A stretch of 64,000 bases of DNA from an uncultured delta proteobacterium (GTDB lineage: Bacteria; Desulfobacterota; Binatia; HRBIN30; BPIQ01), in NCBI GenBank assembly GCA_963761335.1, contig CAVXGR010000015.1, positions 192,001-256,000 of the forward strand, written 5' to 3'. The notes beneath the pieces were generated by a model, which saw only the letters and a list, made by a program, of their open reading frames with translations, ran no database searches and had not been told where the DNA came from. Positions 1-9,187 of the stretch are shown here, piece after piece. Each line of letters opens with the position of its first letter. Position 1 is the first letter of the stretch. Made by a program: the position numbers and the translations under genes.

Positions 1-14
1 AGCCGGGATCGTCG

Positions 15-995
15 GTGGCGCACTTCGACACCAGCCTCACTCCGGACGAGCTGATGGAGCCCTATCTGACGCCGACCTTCAGCGACGTGCTGACGCAGGC
101 GTTGCTGTCGGACATCGGCTGGGGCGCCTGCGGCAACAGCCTGATCAATCCCGGCGAGGCCTGCGACGACGGCAACCTGGTGGACGGCGACGGCTGTAGC
201 CACACGTGCGCCGTGGAGCAGTGCTTCAGCTGCGCTGGCGAGCCGTCCGTCTGCACGCCGCTGGCGCCGGGTGCTCCCTGCGACGACGGCAACGCCTGCA
301 CCGATCCGGACACCTGCTCCGCCGGGGTGTGCAGCGGCGTTCCGGACGACGGGGCTCCCTGCGACGACGGCAATCAATGCACCACCCCCGACGTCTGCCT
401 GAGCGGCGCCTGCGACGGGACGCCGGACAACGGCGCTCCATGCGACGATGGCGATCCGTGCACCGATACCGACACCTGTCAGGGGGCGGTCTGCTCCGGG
501 AGCTTTCCGCTCTCCAGCTGCCTGAGCCCCGACGTTCCGGGCAAGTCGCTGCTGGTGCTCAAGGACAAGCTGCCCGACAAGAAGGACCACCTCGTGTGGA
601 AATGGTTGAAGGGCACGACCGATCCGGCGCTCTTCGGCGACCCCACGGTGGCGACCAGCTACGACCTGTGCATCTACGACAGCGCCGACGGCACTCTGAT
701 GCGCAACCACATCCCCGCCGGCCCGATGTGGCGGTCGATCTCGAATGGCTTCAAGTACGTCGACCGCTACACGACCAGCGATGGCATCCACTCCGTTCTC
801 CTGCGCGGCGGCAGCACGGGCAAGGCGAAGATCGTCGTGATCGGCAAGGGTTCCGGGCTCGACATGACGCCTCTCGGCGCACCGCTCGACCTGCCGGTGA
901 CCGTGCAGATCACCAATGGCAGCACCTGCTGGCAGGCCGCCTACGGGAGCCCGATCCAGGACCGCAGTGATCTCTTCAAGGCGAAGGGGAACTGA
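15..995 (+). CDS. Secreted Cys-rich repeat protein, probably the C-terminal part of a gene starting left of the window
   Basis: Myxococcal DUF4215-like CGNSLINPGEACDDGNLVDGDGCSHTC, three CDDG(N/D)xCTxxDxC repeats, C-terminal W..GFKYxD domain; no signal peptide visible at window edge. Confidence 0.75.
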   Translation: MAHFDTSLTPDELMEPYLTPTFSDVLTQALLSDIGWGACGNSLINPGEACDDGNLVDGDGCSHTCAVEQCFSCAGEPSVCTPLAPGAPCDDGNACTDPDTCSAGVCSGVPDDGAPCDDGNQCTTPDVCLSGACDGTPDNGAPCDDGDPCTDTDTCQGAVCSGSFPLSSCLSPDVPGKSLLVLKDKLPDKKDHLVWKWLKGTTDPALFGDPTVATSYDLCIYDSADGTLMRNHIPAGPMWRSISNGFKYVDRYTTSDGIHSVLLRGGSTGKAKIVVIGKGSGLDMTPLGAPLDLPVTVQITNGSTCWQAAYGSPIQDRSDLFKAKGN

Positions 996-1855
996 TGGCA
1001 CCCCTGGTCCCTGAAGGCCCCAACGCTGAGCAGATCAGATACTGGAACGACGCGGCGGCGAAGAAGTGGGTGGTGCTCTCGCCGGTCATCGACGCCCAGG
1101 TGGCTCCGCTCGGCCGGGAGGCGATGGAGCGGGCCGGCATTTCCCCCGGTGATCGCGTCCTCGACATCGGCTGCGGCTGTGGGCTGACGACACTGGAGAT
1201 CGCCCGTCGCGTGGCCCCGGGGGGATCGGTTGCGGGCGCCGACATTTCCGGCGTGATGCTGGAGCAGGCCGGGCACAACGCCGCGGCCGCCGGCAACGTC
1301 TCCTTCGAGAACGTCGACGCGCAGCTGCATCGGTTTTCCGAGGCCTCCTTCGACGTCGTCTTCTCGCGCTTCGGGGTGATGTTCTTCGCCGGCCCGGAGG
1401 AGGCCTTCGCGAATGTGCGCCGGGCACTGCGTGCCGATGGCCGGCTCGCCTTCGTCTGCTGGCAACCGCTGAGCGAGAACCCGTGGATGTTGGTGCCGCT
1501 GATGGCGGCCCTGCCGCATCTTCCGCCGATGGAGCCTCCGCAGCCCGGGGCTCCCGGGCCGTTCGCCTTCGGCGACCCCGACCGGGTGCGCCGAATTCTG
1601 GAGACCGCCGGCTTTGCCGATATCCGGGTCGAGCCGCTGCAGCGCGCGCTCACCGTCGGCGGCGGGGCGGGCATCGATGGCACCGTCGATTTCCTCATGC
1701 AGATGGGACCGACCGGATCGATGCTGCGCCAGGCCGGCAGCGATCTCCGCGAGCGCGTCGCCGCCGCCATCCGCGAGGCCGTGGCCCCCTACCTCACCGC
1801 CGAAGGGGTGCGCATGCCCTCGGCGGCATGGTTGGTCTCCGCCCGTAATCCCTAA
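995..1855 (+). CDS. Class I SAM-dependent methyltransferase
   Basis: VLDIGCGCG motif I, FDVVFSRFGVMFF, PGPFAF; start overlaps upstream stop (TGATG). Confidence 0.9.
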   Translation: MAPLVPEGPNAEQIRYWNDAAAKKWVVLSPVIDAQVAPLGREAMERAGISPGDRVLDIGCGCGLTTLEIARRVAPGGSVAGADISGVMLEQAGHNAAAAGNVSFENVDAQLHRFSEASFDVVFSRFGVMFFAGPEEAFANVRRALRADGRLAFVCWQPLSENPWMLVPLMAALPHLPPMEPPQPGAPGPFAFGDPDRVRRILETAGFADIRVEPLQRALTVGGGAGIDGTVDFLMQMGPTGSMLRQAGSDLRERVAAAIREAVAPYLTAEGVRMPSAAWLVSARNP

Positions 1856-1860
1856 AGGGG

Positions 1861-4116
1861 TCACTCTTCGGGGGCGTAGCCGAGCATGCGCAGCTTCTCG
1901 AGAGTCGCCGCGTCGAGCTGGGATTTTTCGGGGGGGACCTCCTTGTTGGCGGCGGCGCCGGCGGCCAGGATCTGCCGTGCATAGGCGGCGATATAGCCGG
2001 CGTGCATCGCCAGGTCCGACTTCTCGCGCGGATCGGCGATGCGGTCGTACACCTGCACCGGTCCGGCTGTGCGCCGGCGCGGGTTGCCGCGATCGACGAT
2101 GACTTTCCAGCGGCTCTCGGTCGCCGCCATCAGCTCGCGTTGACCGAACGACGTGTGGCTCACCGCCAGACGCAGCTCGCCGTCGCCGTCCTCCTCGGCA
2201 GCGGCGAGAACCGAGTGGCCGTCGATGTCGGCGGGCGCCGCTATGCCGAGGGCGTCGAGGAGGGTGGCGAAGATGTCGACGTGCTGCACGATCTCGTGTA
2301 CCCGCCGGCCGCCATGGGCCGCCTGCGGGAAGCGGATGAACAACGGGATGTGCAGCAGCTCTTGGTAGAGCGTCTTCCCGTGCGAGAGGCCGCCGTGGTC
2401 GAGAAACTCCTCGCCATGGTCGGCGACGAATACGAAGATCGCGCGGTCGAGCACTCCGGAATCCCGGAGCTTGCCGATGAAGTCGCCAAAGGCGTCGTCG
2501 AGCTGCGCGATCTCGCCGTCGTAGAGCGACGCCAGCCACTGCGCCTGCTCCGGAGTCGCCCCGTGGCGCCGCAGGCGCAGGGCGCGCAGCTGCCGAATGA
2601 TGCTGTCGTCCTTGGGCCGCAGATCAATGCGCTCGAAGCGCGCCGCGTGTGCCTCGTCGGGTGTGTATGGCCCGTGCACGTCACTGACGTGGAGATAGAG
2701 GAAGAACGGTTTGTCCCCGATCTCTCGCAGCCACTGTAGGCTCGCCGCGTGTACGACGCCCGCCGGCTGGTACATCTCCTTCGATTGGTCGCTCTCTTCC
2801 AGATACTCGTAGCGGTCGAAGCCGCGACCGAATCCCCAGCGCGGGCTGACATTCATGTTGGTCACCCAGGCCGCGGTGGCATAGCCCTGGCCATGCAGGA
2901 TCTCCGCCAGCGTCGGCATCTCGGTGCCCAGCGAGGAGCGCAGCTTGACGGCTCCGTGGCGCGGCGGAATCAGCCCGGTCATCAGCGAGGCGACCGACGG
3001 GCGGGTCCACGGCGCCTGCGCTTGCGCATCCTCGAAGAGCACCGACTGGCGCGCCAGGGCGTCGATGTGCGGCGATGTGGGGCGATCGTATCCGTAGCAG
3101 CCGAGGTGATCGGCGCGAAGCGTGTCGACCACGTAGAGAATGACGTTCGGCCGCGGCCCGGCGGCACTCCGGGGCGGCGGTGTCGGCGCCGCGGCGCGCC
3201 GCTCGAAGGCGAGGCGATCGAGGCGCAAGGGGGCCTCCCCGGCGCGCAGGTGCAGGTGGGCGATGTCGCCGGGCTGACCCGCGAGGGACAGGTTCACGCC
3301 CGCCGCTCCGAGGGGACCCCGGAAGAGGTTGCGCTCGGCACCGCTGCCCACGGCCTCGCCGATGGAGAGGACGCCGCCGGAGTTGCCTGCCTGGTGGACG
3401 GCGAGGCGGGAGTCGGCGGCAATCTGCACGTATACGTCGACGGCGGCGCCGGCCGGCAGCACGAGGTTTGCTCCCGCGTCGCCGGCGACGACTGTGGCGG
3501 CGTTCTCGTCGCCGGGGCCCTCCACGCGGAGCTCGTCGCAGGCGAGCGCCGACTCCGTCAGACTGAAATGCTCGGCGATCGGGTTGGGAATGGCGCGCGT
3601 CAGGGTGGCGCGGATGAGCAGCTCGTTGCGGCCGGAACGCTGCGCTCGCTCGGGAAGGCGGAGAGTCGCATCGGACATCTCGCGGCCGAAGATGCCGCGG
3701 CCGATGTAGATGCCGTTGAGGCGGAAGGTGGCGCTGATGTGCTCTCGCTGTCCCTGGAAGGCGGCGCAGCGCAGGTGAAGCTCGCGCGGCTGCGGCGCGG
3801 CGAGGTGGAAGAACAGGCGGCCGATGCGGTGGCGCAGGTAGGAGACGGAGGGGAGCGGCTTCTCGGGGCCCTCCGGTGCCGTCTCGCTCCATCCGGCGAG
3901 CAGATAGAGGTCGCCGAGAGGCGTGCCGAAATCGAGCCGCTGCGTCTGCTGCGGACTCTCCGTGAAGGGGATCACCGAGATCAGATCCGTCGACACGGTC
4001 TGTCCCGCTTGCCCTCCACATCCGCGCCGGGCGCAGCTCATCGGCAGGAGCACGCACAGCAGCACCGCCAGTGAGCCGATGACGCGCGCCTGTGTGCTTC
4101 CTCTTGCGGAGACCAT
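1861..4116 (-). CDS. Exported sulfatase / alkaline-phosphatase-superfamily hydrolase
   Basis: N-terminal hydrophobic/lipobox-like segment; PNVILYVVDTLRADHLGCYGY, APWTRPSVASLMTG, DVHGPY, ADHGEEF, HG..LYQE, C-terminal LRMLGY. Confidence 0.9.
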   Translation of the reverse strand: MVSARGSTQARVIGSLAVLLCVLLPMSCARRGCGGQAGQTVSTDLISVIPFTESPQQTQRLDFGTPLGDLYLLAGWSETAPEGPEKPLPSVSYLRHRIGRLFFHLAAPQPRELHLRCAAFQGQREHISATFRLNGIYIGRGIFGREMSDATLRLPERAQRSGRNELLIRATLTRAIPNPIAEHFSLTESALACDELRVEGPGDENAATVVAGDAGANLVLPAGAAVDVYVQIAADSRLAVHQAGNSGGVLSIGEAVGSGAERNLFRGPLGAAGVNLSLAGQPGDIAHLHLRAGEAPLRLDRLAFERRAAAPTPPPRSAAGPRPNVILYVVDTLRADHLGCYGYDRPTSPHIDALARQSVLFEDAQAQAPWTRPSVASLMTGLIPPRHGAVKLRSSLGTEMPTLAEILHGQGYATAAWVTNMNVSPRWGFGRGFDRYEYLEESDQSKEMYQPAGVVHAASLQWLREIGDKPFFLYLHVSDVHGPYTPDEAHAARFERIDLRPKDDSIIRQLRALRLRRHGATPEQAQWLASLYDGEIAQLDDAFGDFIGKLRDSGVLDRAIFVFVADHGEEFLDHGGLSHGKTLYQELLHIPLFIRFPQAAHGGRRVHEIVQHVDIFATLLDALGIAAPADIDGHSVLAAAEEDGDGELRLAVSHTSFGQRELMAATESRWKVIVDRGNPRRRTAGPVQVYDRIADPREKSDLAMHAGYIAAYARQILAAGAAANKEVPPEKSQLDAATLEKLRMLGYAPEE

Positions 4117-4223
4117 CGCCTCTTCTCCCTAGCAGACGGGGGTTGGGGGCAAAAGAAAGGACAAGCAATCGAGCCGGTGGTTTCGTTAGCGGTGCTCAGC
4201 TGGTAACCAGCGTCACCGACGAG

Positions 4224-5087
4224 ATGGAAGCACCGATGGAGCCCAGAGACCTTGCCGCCGACACCGCCGTGACCCGCCTCAAGGTTGCGCCGGGATGGTA
4301 TACGGCCGAGCTGCCGGAGCAGTGGAACTTCCGCACCCCTTCCGGGGGCGTGCTGATGACGGTGGCGATGCGGGCCATCCAGGAGGAGCTCGCCGATCCC
4401 GGTCTGCGGCCGCTGTCGGCGAACACGCACTTCTGCTCGCCGGTTCCGGCCGGGCCGCTGGAGATCCGTGTCGAGGTGCTGCGCCACGGCGGCGCCGCGG
4501 CGCAGATGCGCGCCCAGCTTTCGTCGACCACCATGCCCGGGCCGGGGCTGGAGGTCAGCGCCACCTTCGGCCGAGAGAGGGAGGGAGTCGACGTCGTCGA
4601 TGCGACTCCGCCGGCCGTCCCGGCGCCGGAGGAGTGCGGCATCGTCGAGCACGTCTTCGGAACCAGCCGGCGGTTCGTGCCGCCCTTCTTCGCCAACTTC
4701 GACTACCGGCTGGCGCTCGGGCAGCCGTGGTGGACATCGGACTGGGAGCCGGGGCCGGCGCGCATCGCTCGCTGGTTTCGCTACAAACAGCCGCAGAAGC
4801 TCGCCGACGGCCGCCTCGACCCACTGTCGATTCCGCCGATCGCCGACACCATGCCGCCGGCTCTGATCCAGAAGCTCGGGCCCGATCACCCGTCGTTCCA
4901 CGCGCCCAGTCTCGACCTCACCATTCATTTCCTGGAGGACACGCGCGCCGAGTGGCTGCTCACCAATGTTCACGCCCGGCGCGCCCGCGCCGGCTATGCC
5001 ACTGCGGAGGCGGAGATCTGGGACGACCGCGGGCGTCTGGTGGCGATGGCGACGCAGATGATGATGCTGCGCCGGGTTCCCGACTGA
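4224..5087 (+). CDS. TesB-like double hot-dog acyl-CoA thioesterase
   Basis: WNFRTPSGG, ADTMPP, PSLDLTIHF, AEIWDDRGRLVAMATQ; start ATG 4224 or 4236. Confidence 0.85.
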   Translation: MEAPMEPRDLAADTAVTRLKVAPGWYTAELPEQWNFRTPSGGVLMTVAMRAIQEELADPGLRPLSANTHFCSPVPAGPLEIRVEVLRHGGAAAQMRAQLSSTTMPGPGLEVSATFGREREGVDVVDATPPAVPAPEECGIVEHVFGTSRRFVPPFFANFDYRLALGQPWWTSDWEPGPARIARWFRYKQPQKLADGRLDPLSIPPIADTMPPALIQKLGPDHPSFHAPSLDLTIHFLEDTRAEWLLTNVHARRARAGYATAEAEIWDDRGRLVAMATQMMMLRRVPD

Positions 5088-5146
5088 TTGGGAGCGCGGC
5101 CATCCTGGCCGCAAGGGTCCAAACGACACAGCTCCGTCGGATCGCC

Positions 5147-5659
5147 ATGCCCCGCAACATCGAGATCAAGACCGCCCTCTCCGACCTCGAATCGACGCGA
5201 GCCGCCGTCGAGCGCCTCGGCGCCCGCTATGCCGAGGACCTCGAGCAGGTCGACCGCTACTACGAGATCGACGGCGCGCGGCGTCTCAAGCTGCGCAGCT
5301 TTGGGAACGGGCGCGCCGAGATCATTCGCTACTCGCGGCCGGAGGCGGAGGGCGTGCGCGCCAGCGACTACGAGGTGACCCCGGTTCGCGATGAGAGCGC
5401 CGGCCTCTGCCTGGTGCCCAAGGGAAGGGCGCTGGTGATCGTCCGCAAACGCCGGCAGGTGTACATGCTCGACAACGTCCGCATCCACCTCGATCGCGTC
5501 GAGGGTCTCGGCGAATTTCTCGAGCTCGAGGCGGTGCTCGACGCCGCCCATGACGACACGCGTTGCCGCGCTCAGGTCGACGAGATCACCGCCGCTCTCG
5601 GCCTCGATCCGCGGCTCTTCATTCGCGCTTCGTACGCGGACATGATGCGGCGGGGGTGA
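5147..5659 (+). CDS. CYTH-domain protein (class IV adenylate cyclase-like)
   Basis: MPRNIEIK (ExExK-like), RLKLR, VRKRRQVY, HLDRVEGLGEFLELE, SYADM. Confidence 0.9.
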   Translation: MPRNIEIKTALSDLESTRAAVERLGARYAEDLEQVDRYYEIDGARRLKLRSFGNGRAEIIRYSRPEAEGVRASDYEVTPVRDESAGLCLVPKGRALVIVRKRRQVYMLDNVRIHLDRVEGLGEFLELEAVLDAAHDDTRCRAQVDEITAALGLDPRLFIRASYADMMRRG

Positions 5660-5698
5660 GGTCGGATCAGCAAGGCCGAGAGGTCGCCGCCGGCGGCC

Positions 5699-5829
5699 AT
5701 GCCGCTGCTCGCCGGCGGGGGCCGGAGCGGTGCCGATGCGCATGCTCCGGCCAGCACGCGACGCCCGCCCGCGGAAAGCTACTCGCGCCCGAAGCACTAC
5801 GCCCGGGCCAAGCTCCTGGAGCGCACGTT
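5699..5829 (+). pseudogene. IS91/Y2-type transposase C-terminal remnant, left half (interrupted by the LSR element)
   Basis: RPKHYARAKLLERT joins in frame at TT (5828-29) to FEIDVLVCPDCGGRLRFVATIE at 9188. Confidence 0.65.
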
Positions 5830-6122
5830 GGTCCACTCAATCGACTACCGGCCACGCCGGGCAAGTGCCGGCACCTGTTCGCATCACGCATCCGTTCCAT
5901 CCGCAGTGCGGGCAGGAGATCGTGGTCGTCGAACAGCGCTGCAACTGGGGTGAGGATCGGGTCTTCTACCGCGACCCCCACGGACACCTGGCCTCGCTAC
6001 CGGCTCGCTGGACCAGCGTAGAGGCCGAAGACCCGTTCGTCGTCGCGGCGGCGGGACGGTCGCGGTTGCGACTCGGGGACCTCGTCGTTCTGGCGGCGCT
6101 GGTGCGGGAGCTTCGGTCGTGA
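5829..6122 (+). CDS. DUF5372-like small protein lacking its own 5' end in the integrated state
   Basis: VRITHPFHP..GQE..VV..R.NWGEDRVFY.D..G.L.SLPA.WT....DPF...AAGRS..R..DL..LA; only internal start is GTG 5865 with no SD. Confidence 0.7.
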   Translation, partial: WSTQSTTGHAGQVPAPVRITHPFHPQCGQEIVVVEQRCNWGEDRVFYRDPHGHLASLPARWTSVEAEDPFVVAAAGRSRLRLGDLVVLAALVRELRS

Positions 6123-6145
6123 TCGCCTCCCGAATCGAGAGCGTG

Positions 6146-6199
6146 ATGTGTAAAGCGGATTTCGCCGCATGTGTAAAGGAGAATATGCCGCAATGTGTT
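6146..6199 (+). promoter_or_regulatory. 23-bp tandem direct repeats, candidate binding sites for element proteins
   Basis: ATGTGTAAAGCGGATTTCGCCGC (6146-6168), ATGTGTAAAGGAGAATATGCCGC (6169-6191), partial third ATGTGT. Confidence 0.6.
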
Positions 6200-6283
6200 C
6201 CACGCTGCGCCTTCGATGCTTGTGGAAGACCAATGCTGTCGTTGATAACTAGCGCATGGAGCAGTAGATCGGACGTTTCTATC

Positions 6284-6318
6284 TTGACAGAGCTGGCGCT
6301 GTGCGGCATAAACATACT
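6284..6318 (+). promoter_or_regulatory. Candidate sigma70 promoter of the element
   Basis: Perfect TTGACA at 6284-89 followed by AT-rich CATAAACATACT upstream of ATG 6345; -10 box is not canonical. Confidence 0.4.
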
Positions 6319-6344
6319 TACAAGAAGCGGTACCCACACCGCCG

Positions 6345-6812
6345 ATGGCCAAGCCGAAACCGCCCGACCCCAAGATTCAAGCGCTGCGCCAGCGTGGCAG
6401 CCTCAACTCCAGCCCCGAGAGGGTCTCCGATCCGCTCTTCGCTGCCTCGGACTTCTTCGACGCCCGCGATCTGGTCCAGGTCAAGTACGAGATGGTGCGC
6501 CGCGTGCGCGTGGACGGGCAGCCCGCCAGTCGCAGCGCGGCGGCCTTCGGCTTCTCGCGTCCGACTCTCTACCAGGCGGATGCGGCGCTCGCGCGCGGCG
6601 GGCTGGCGGCGCTCGTGCCTCGCAAGCCCGGGCCGCGGCGCTCTCACAAGCTCGATGCCGAGGTGATGGAGTTTCTCCGGGAGCTGCTCGCCGAAGATGG
6701 CTCGCTGCGTGCGGTGGAGCTGGCTCGCCGGGTGCGCGAGCGCTTTGGCCGGAGGGTCCATCCACGCAGCGTCGAGCGGGCGCTGGCGCGCAGGGAAAAA
6801 AAACGGCGCTGA
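6345..6812 (+). CDS. Helix-turn-helix DNA-binding protein resembling IS630 orfA-type HTH
   Basis: AAAFGFSRPTLYQ..A.ARGGLAALVPRKPGPR..HKL...VHPRSVERAL; ends in GGAAAAAAAAC. Confidence 0.8.
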   Translation: MAKPKPPDPKIQALRQRGSLNSSPERVSDPLFAASDFFDARDLVQVKYEMVRRVRVDGQPASRSAAAFGFSRPTLYQADAALARGGLAALVPRKPGPRRSHKLDAEVMEFLRELLAEDGSLRAVELARRVRERFGRRVHPRSVERALARREKKRR

Positions 6813-7117
6813 GCGGCACCGAGGCGGCGAACGGGGCAGCCGATGCGCCCGTGGCAGCGTACGAGCAGCTGCGCCGCCACATGCTTTTGGGCGCGGCGGT
6901 CGTGGGCGATCGCAGCGCACTGCTGTTGCTGGTGCGAGAAGGGATCGCCGCTTGGATCGAGCAACACACCGGTGGTGTCGTCGCGGCGGCACCGGTGGCG
7001 GCGCGCGAGCCGTCCGTGGTGGGGGCGGCGCTTGCCGCCGACGCTCTCCACGCGGGCCTGGTTCGCGTGCTGGCCAGCATGGCGATGTCAAACGGAGAGG
7101 AGGGGTGTCGTCGATGA
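6803..7117 (+). CDS. orfB, probably reached by -1 frameshift from the HTH ORF
   Basis: -1 frame relative to 6345; YEQLR...LLLLVREGIAAW...LVRVLASM; its stop overlaps the LSR ATG (ATGA). Confidence 0.6.
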   Translation, partial: TALSGTEAANGAADAPVAAYEQLRRHMLLGAAVVGDRSALLLLVREGIAAWIEQHTGGVVAAAPVAAREPSVVGAALAADALHAGLVRVLASMAMSNGEEGCRR

Positions 7118-9177
7118 GCAATGAAGCGCGGCAGAAGGTCACCGCCCGTCATCTGGCGCGCGGTGCTTACCTCTACGTACGTCAGTCGACCGTGCGCCAG
7201 GTGTTCGAGAACACCGAGAGCACCCAGCGCCAGTACGCACTCAGCCAGCGCGCGGTGGCGCTGGGGTGGCCGAGGGAGCAGGTCATCGTTATCGACTCGG
7301 ATCTCGGCCAGTCGGGCGCCTCCGCGGTGGACCGCGCGGGCTTCCAGAAGCTGGTGGCCGAGGTCGGCATGGGACGCGCCGGCATCGTGCTGGGGCTGGA
7401 GGTGTCGCGACTGGCGCGCAACTCGACGGACTGGCACCGGCTCCTCGAGATCTGTGCGCTCGCCGACACGCTGATCCTCGACGAGGACGGCGTCTACGAT
7501 CCCGCCGATTTCAACGACCGCCTGCTGCTCGGGCTCAAGGGGACGATGAGCGAGGCGGAGCTCCACGTCCTGCGGGCGCGCCTGCGGGGCGGCATCCTCA
7601 GCAAGGCGCGGCGGGGTGAGCTGCGCTGTCGGCTGCCGGTGGGCTTGGTGTACGACGCCGCCGGGCAGGTCATCTTCGACCCGGACACCCAGGTACAGGA
7701 GAGCGTGCGCCTGCTGTTCGAGACCTTCGCGCGCACCGGCACGCTCTGTGCGACGGTGCGGCACTTCCGGCAGCAAGGTCTGCTGTTCCCTACGCGCGTG
7801 GCCGCCGGCGCGCACAAGGGGGAGCTGGCTTGGGGACCGCTGTCGATCAGCCGCGCCTCCATCGCGCTCCACAACCCGTGGTACGCCGGCGCCTATGCCT
7901 ACGGCCGGGGACGCTGGCGCAAGAAGCCAGACGGGCGCACGCGGCACGAACGGCTGCCACCGGAGCAGTGGCACGTGCTGATTCGCGATGCCCACCCGGC
8001 CTACATCTCATGGCGGGAGCACGAGCGCATCGGCGAGCAGCTCCGTGCCTCGGCCAAGGCGATGGGCTACGAGCGCAGCGGCGGACCGCCGCGCGAAGGT
8101 CCGGCGTTGCTGCAGGGCCGAGCCGTCTGCGGCCTGTGCGGCAGCCGCATGCACGTGCACTACAACACGCGTCGCAGCGGCGCTGTCATCACGAACTACG
8201 TGTGCTTCGGCCGCGGCAGACTCTTCGCCGATCCGCCGTGCCAGAGCATGCTCGGCACCGAGATCGATGCCGCCATCGCCACCCTCGTGGTCGAGACCGT
8301 CACGCCGATGGCCCTTGAGCTGGCGCTCGCCATTCAGCAGGAGATCGTCACGCGTTTCGATGAGGCCGATCGCCTCCGCCACCGCCAGGTCGAACGGGCC
8401 GAGTACGAGGTCGACCGCGCCCGCCACCGCTACCTGCAGGTGGACGCAGCCAACCGACTTGTCGCTAGCTCGCTGGAGGCCGACTGGAACGCGAAGCTGC
8501 GCGCACTCGGCGAGGCGCGGGAGGTTTACGAGCGCCAGCGCGCCGCCGATCGGCTGATCGTCGACCAGCAGGAACGCCAGCGTATCCTGGACCTCGCCAC
8601 CGACTTCCCCGCCGTGTGGCGCGACCCCCACACGGCGGTGCGGGAGCGCAAGCGCATGCTCGCGCTCGTGATCGAGGACGTCACCTTGCTCAAGCAGCGC
8701 CAGATCACCGCCGCCGTCAGATTCCGTGGCGGCGCCACCACCACCTTGACGCTGCCTCGCCCGCTCACGGCTCAGCAGCAGCGGGCCACGCATGCCAACG
8801 TGCGCCAGGAGATCGATCGTCTGCTCGACGAGTACAGCGACGCTCAGGTGGCCCATCTCCTCAACGAGCGCGGGCTTCGCACGGGCGCGGGAGACGCGTT
8901 CGATCCGGCGAGCGTCCAGTGGGTGCGCTTCTCCGCCAAGCTCAAGAGCCTCAAGGAGCGCCTGCTCGAAGCGGGCATGATGACCAGGAGGCAGCTCTGC
9001 GCCGAGCTCGGCATCGGCAGGACCGCCCTCACCCGCTGGCGACAACAGGGTCGTGTCCAGGCTCGCATCTGCAACGACCACGGCGAGTGGCTATACTGGC
9101 CACCGGAGTCTATTCTGCCGAAAGCCAATCGATCATCCGACGCGATAGTCACTTCCACTGCGGGAGGTGCAGTATGA
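7114..9177 (+). CDS. Large serine recombinase (resolvase + recombinase + Zn ribbon + C-terminal HTH), 687 aa
   Basis: AYLYVRQST catalytic Ser, GLEVSRLARN, LKGTMSEAEL, HNPWYAG, HPAYIS, CGLCG..YVC..C; SD GGAGG. Confidence 0.95.
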   Translation: MSNEARQKVTARHLARGAYLYVRQSTVRQVFENTESTQRQYALSQRAVALGWPREQVIVIDSDLGQSGASAVDRAGFQKLVAEVGMGRAGIVLGLEVSRLARNSTDWHRLLEICALADTLILDEDGVYDPADFNDRLLLGLKGTMSEAELHVLRARLRGGILSKARRGELRCRLPVGLVYDAAGQVIFDPDTQVQESVRLLFETFARTGTLCATVRHFRQQGLLFPTRVAAGAHKGELAWGPLSISRASIALHNPWYAGAYAYGRGRWRKKPDGRTRHERLPPEQWHVLIRDAHPAYISWREHERIGEQLRASAKAMGYERSGGPPREGPALLQGRAVCGLCGSRMHVHYNTRRSGAVITNYVCFGRGRLFADPPCQSMLGTEIDAAIATLVVETVTPMALELALAIQQEIVTRFDEADRLRHRQVERAEYEVDRARHRYLQVDAANRLVASSLEADWNAKLRALGEAREVYERQRAADRLIVDQQERQRILDLATDFPAVWRDPHTAVRERKRMLALVIEDVTLLKQRQITAAVRFRGGATTTLTLPRPLTAQQQRATHANVRQEIDRLLDEYSDAQVAHLLNERGLRTGAGDAFDPASVQWVRFSAKLKSLKERLLEAGMMTRRQLCAELGIGRTALTRWRQQGRVQARICNDHGEWLYWPPESILPKANRSSDAIVTSTAGGAV

Positions 9178-9187
9178 GAAGCGTTCC

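Noticed and set aside
6697..7113. N-terminal extension of the recombinase ORF
   Set aside because: The domain starts at ATG 7114 with an SD and ATGA coupling
5826..9185. Alternative 4-bp core CGTT (5826-29 / 9182-85) for the LSR element
   Set aside because: It leaves the IS91-like target out of frame and needs GTG 9167 without a properly spaced SD; the TT core satisfies both frames. Disfavoured rather than disproved
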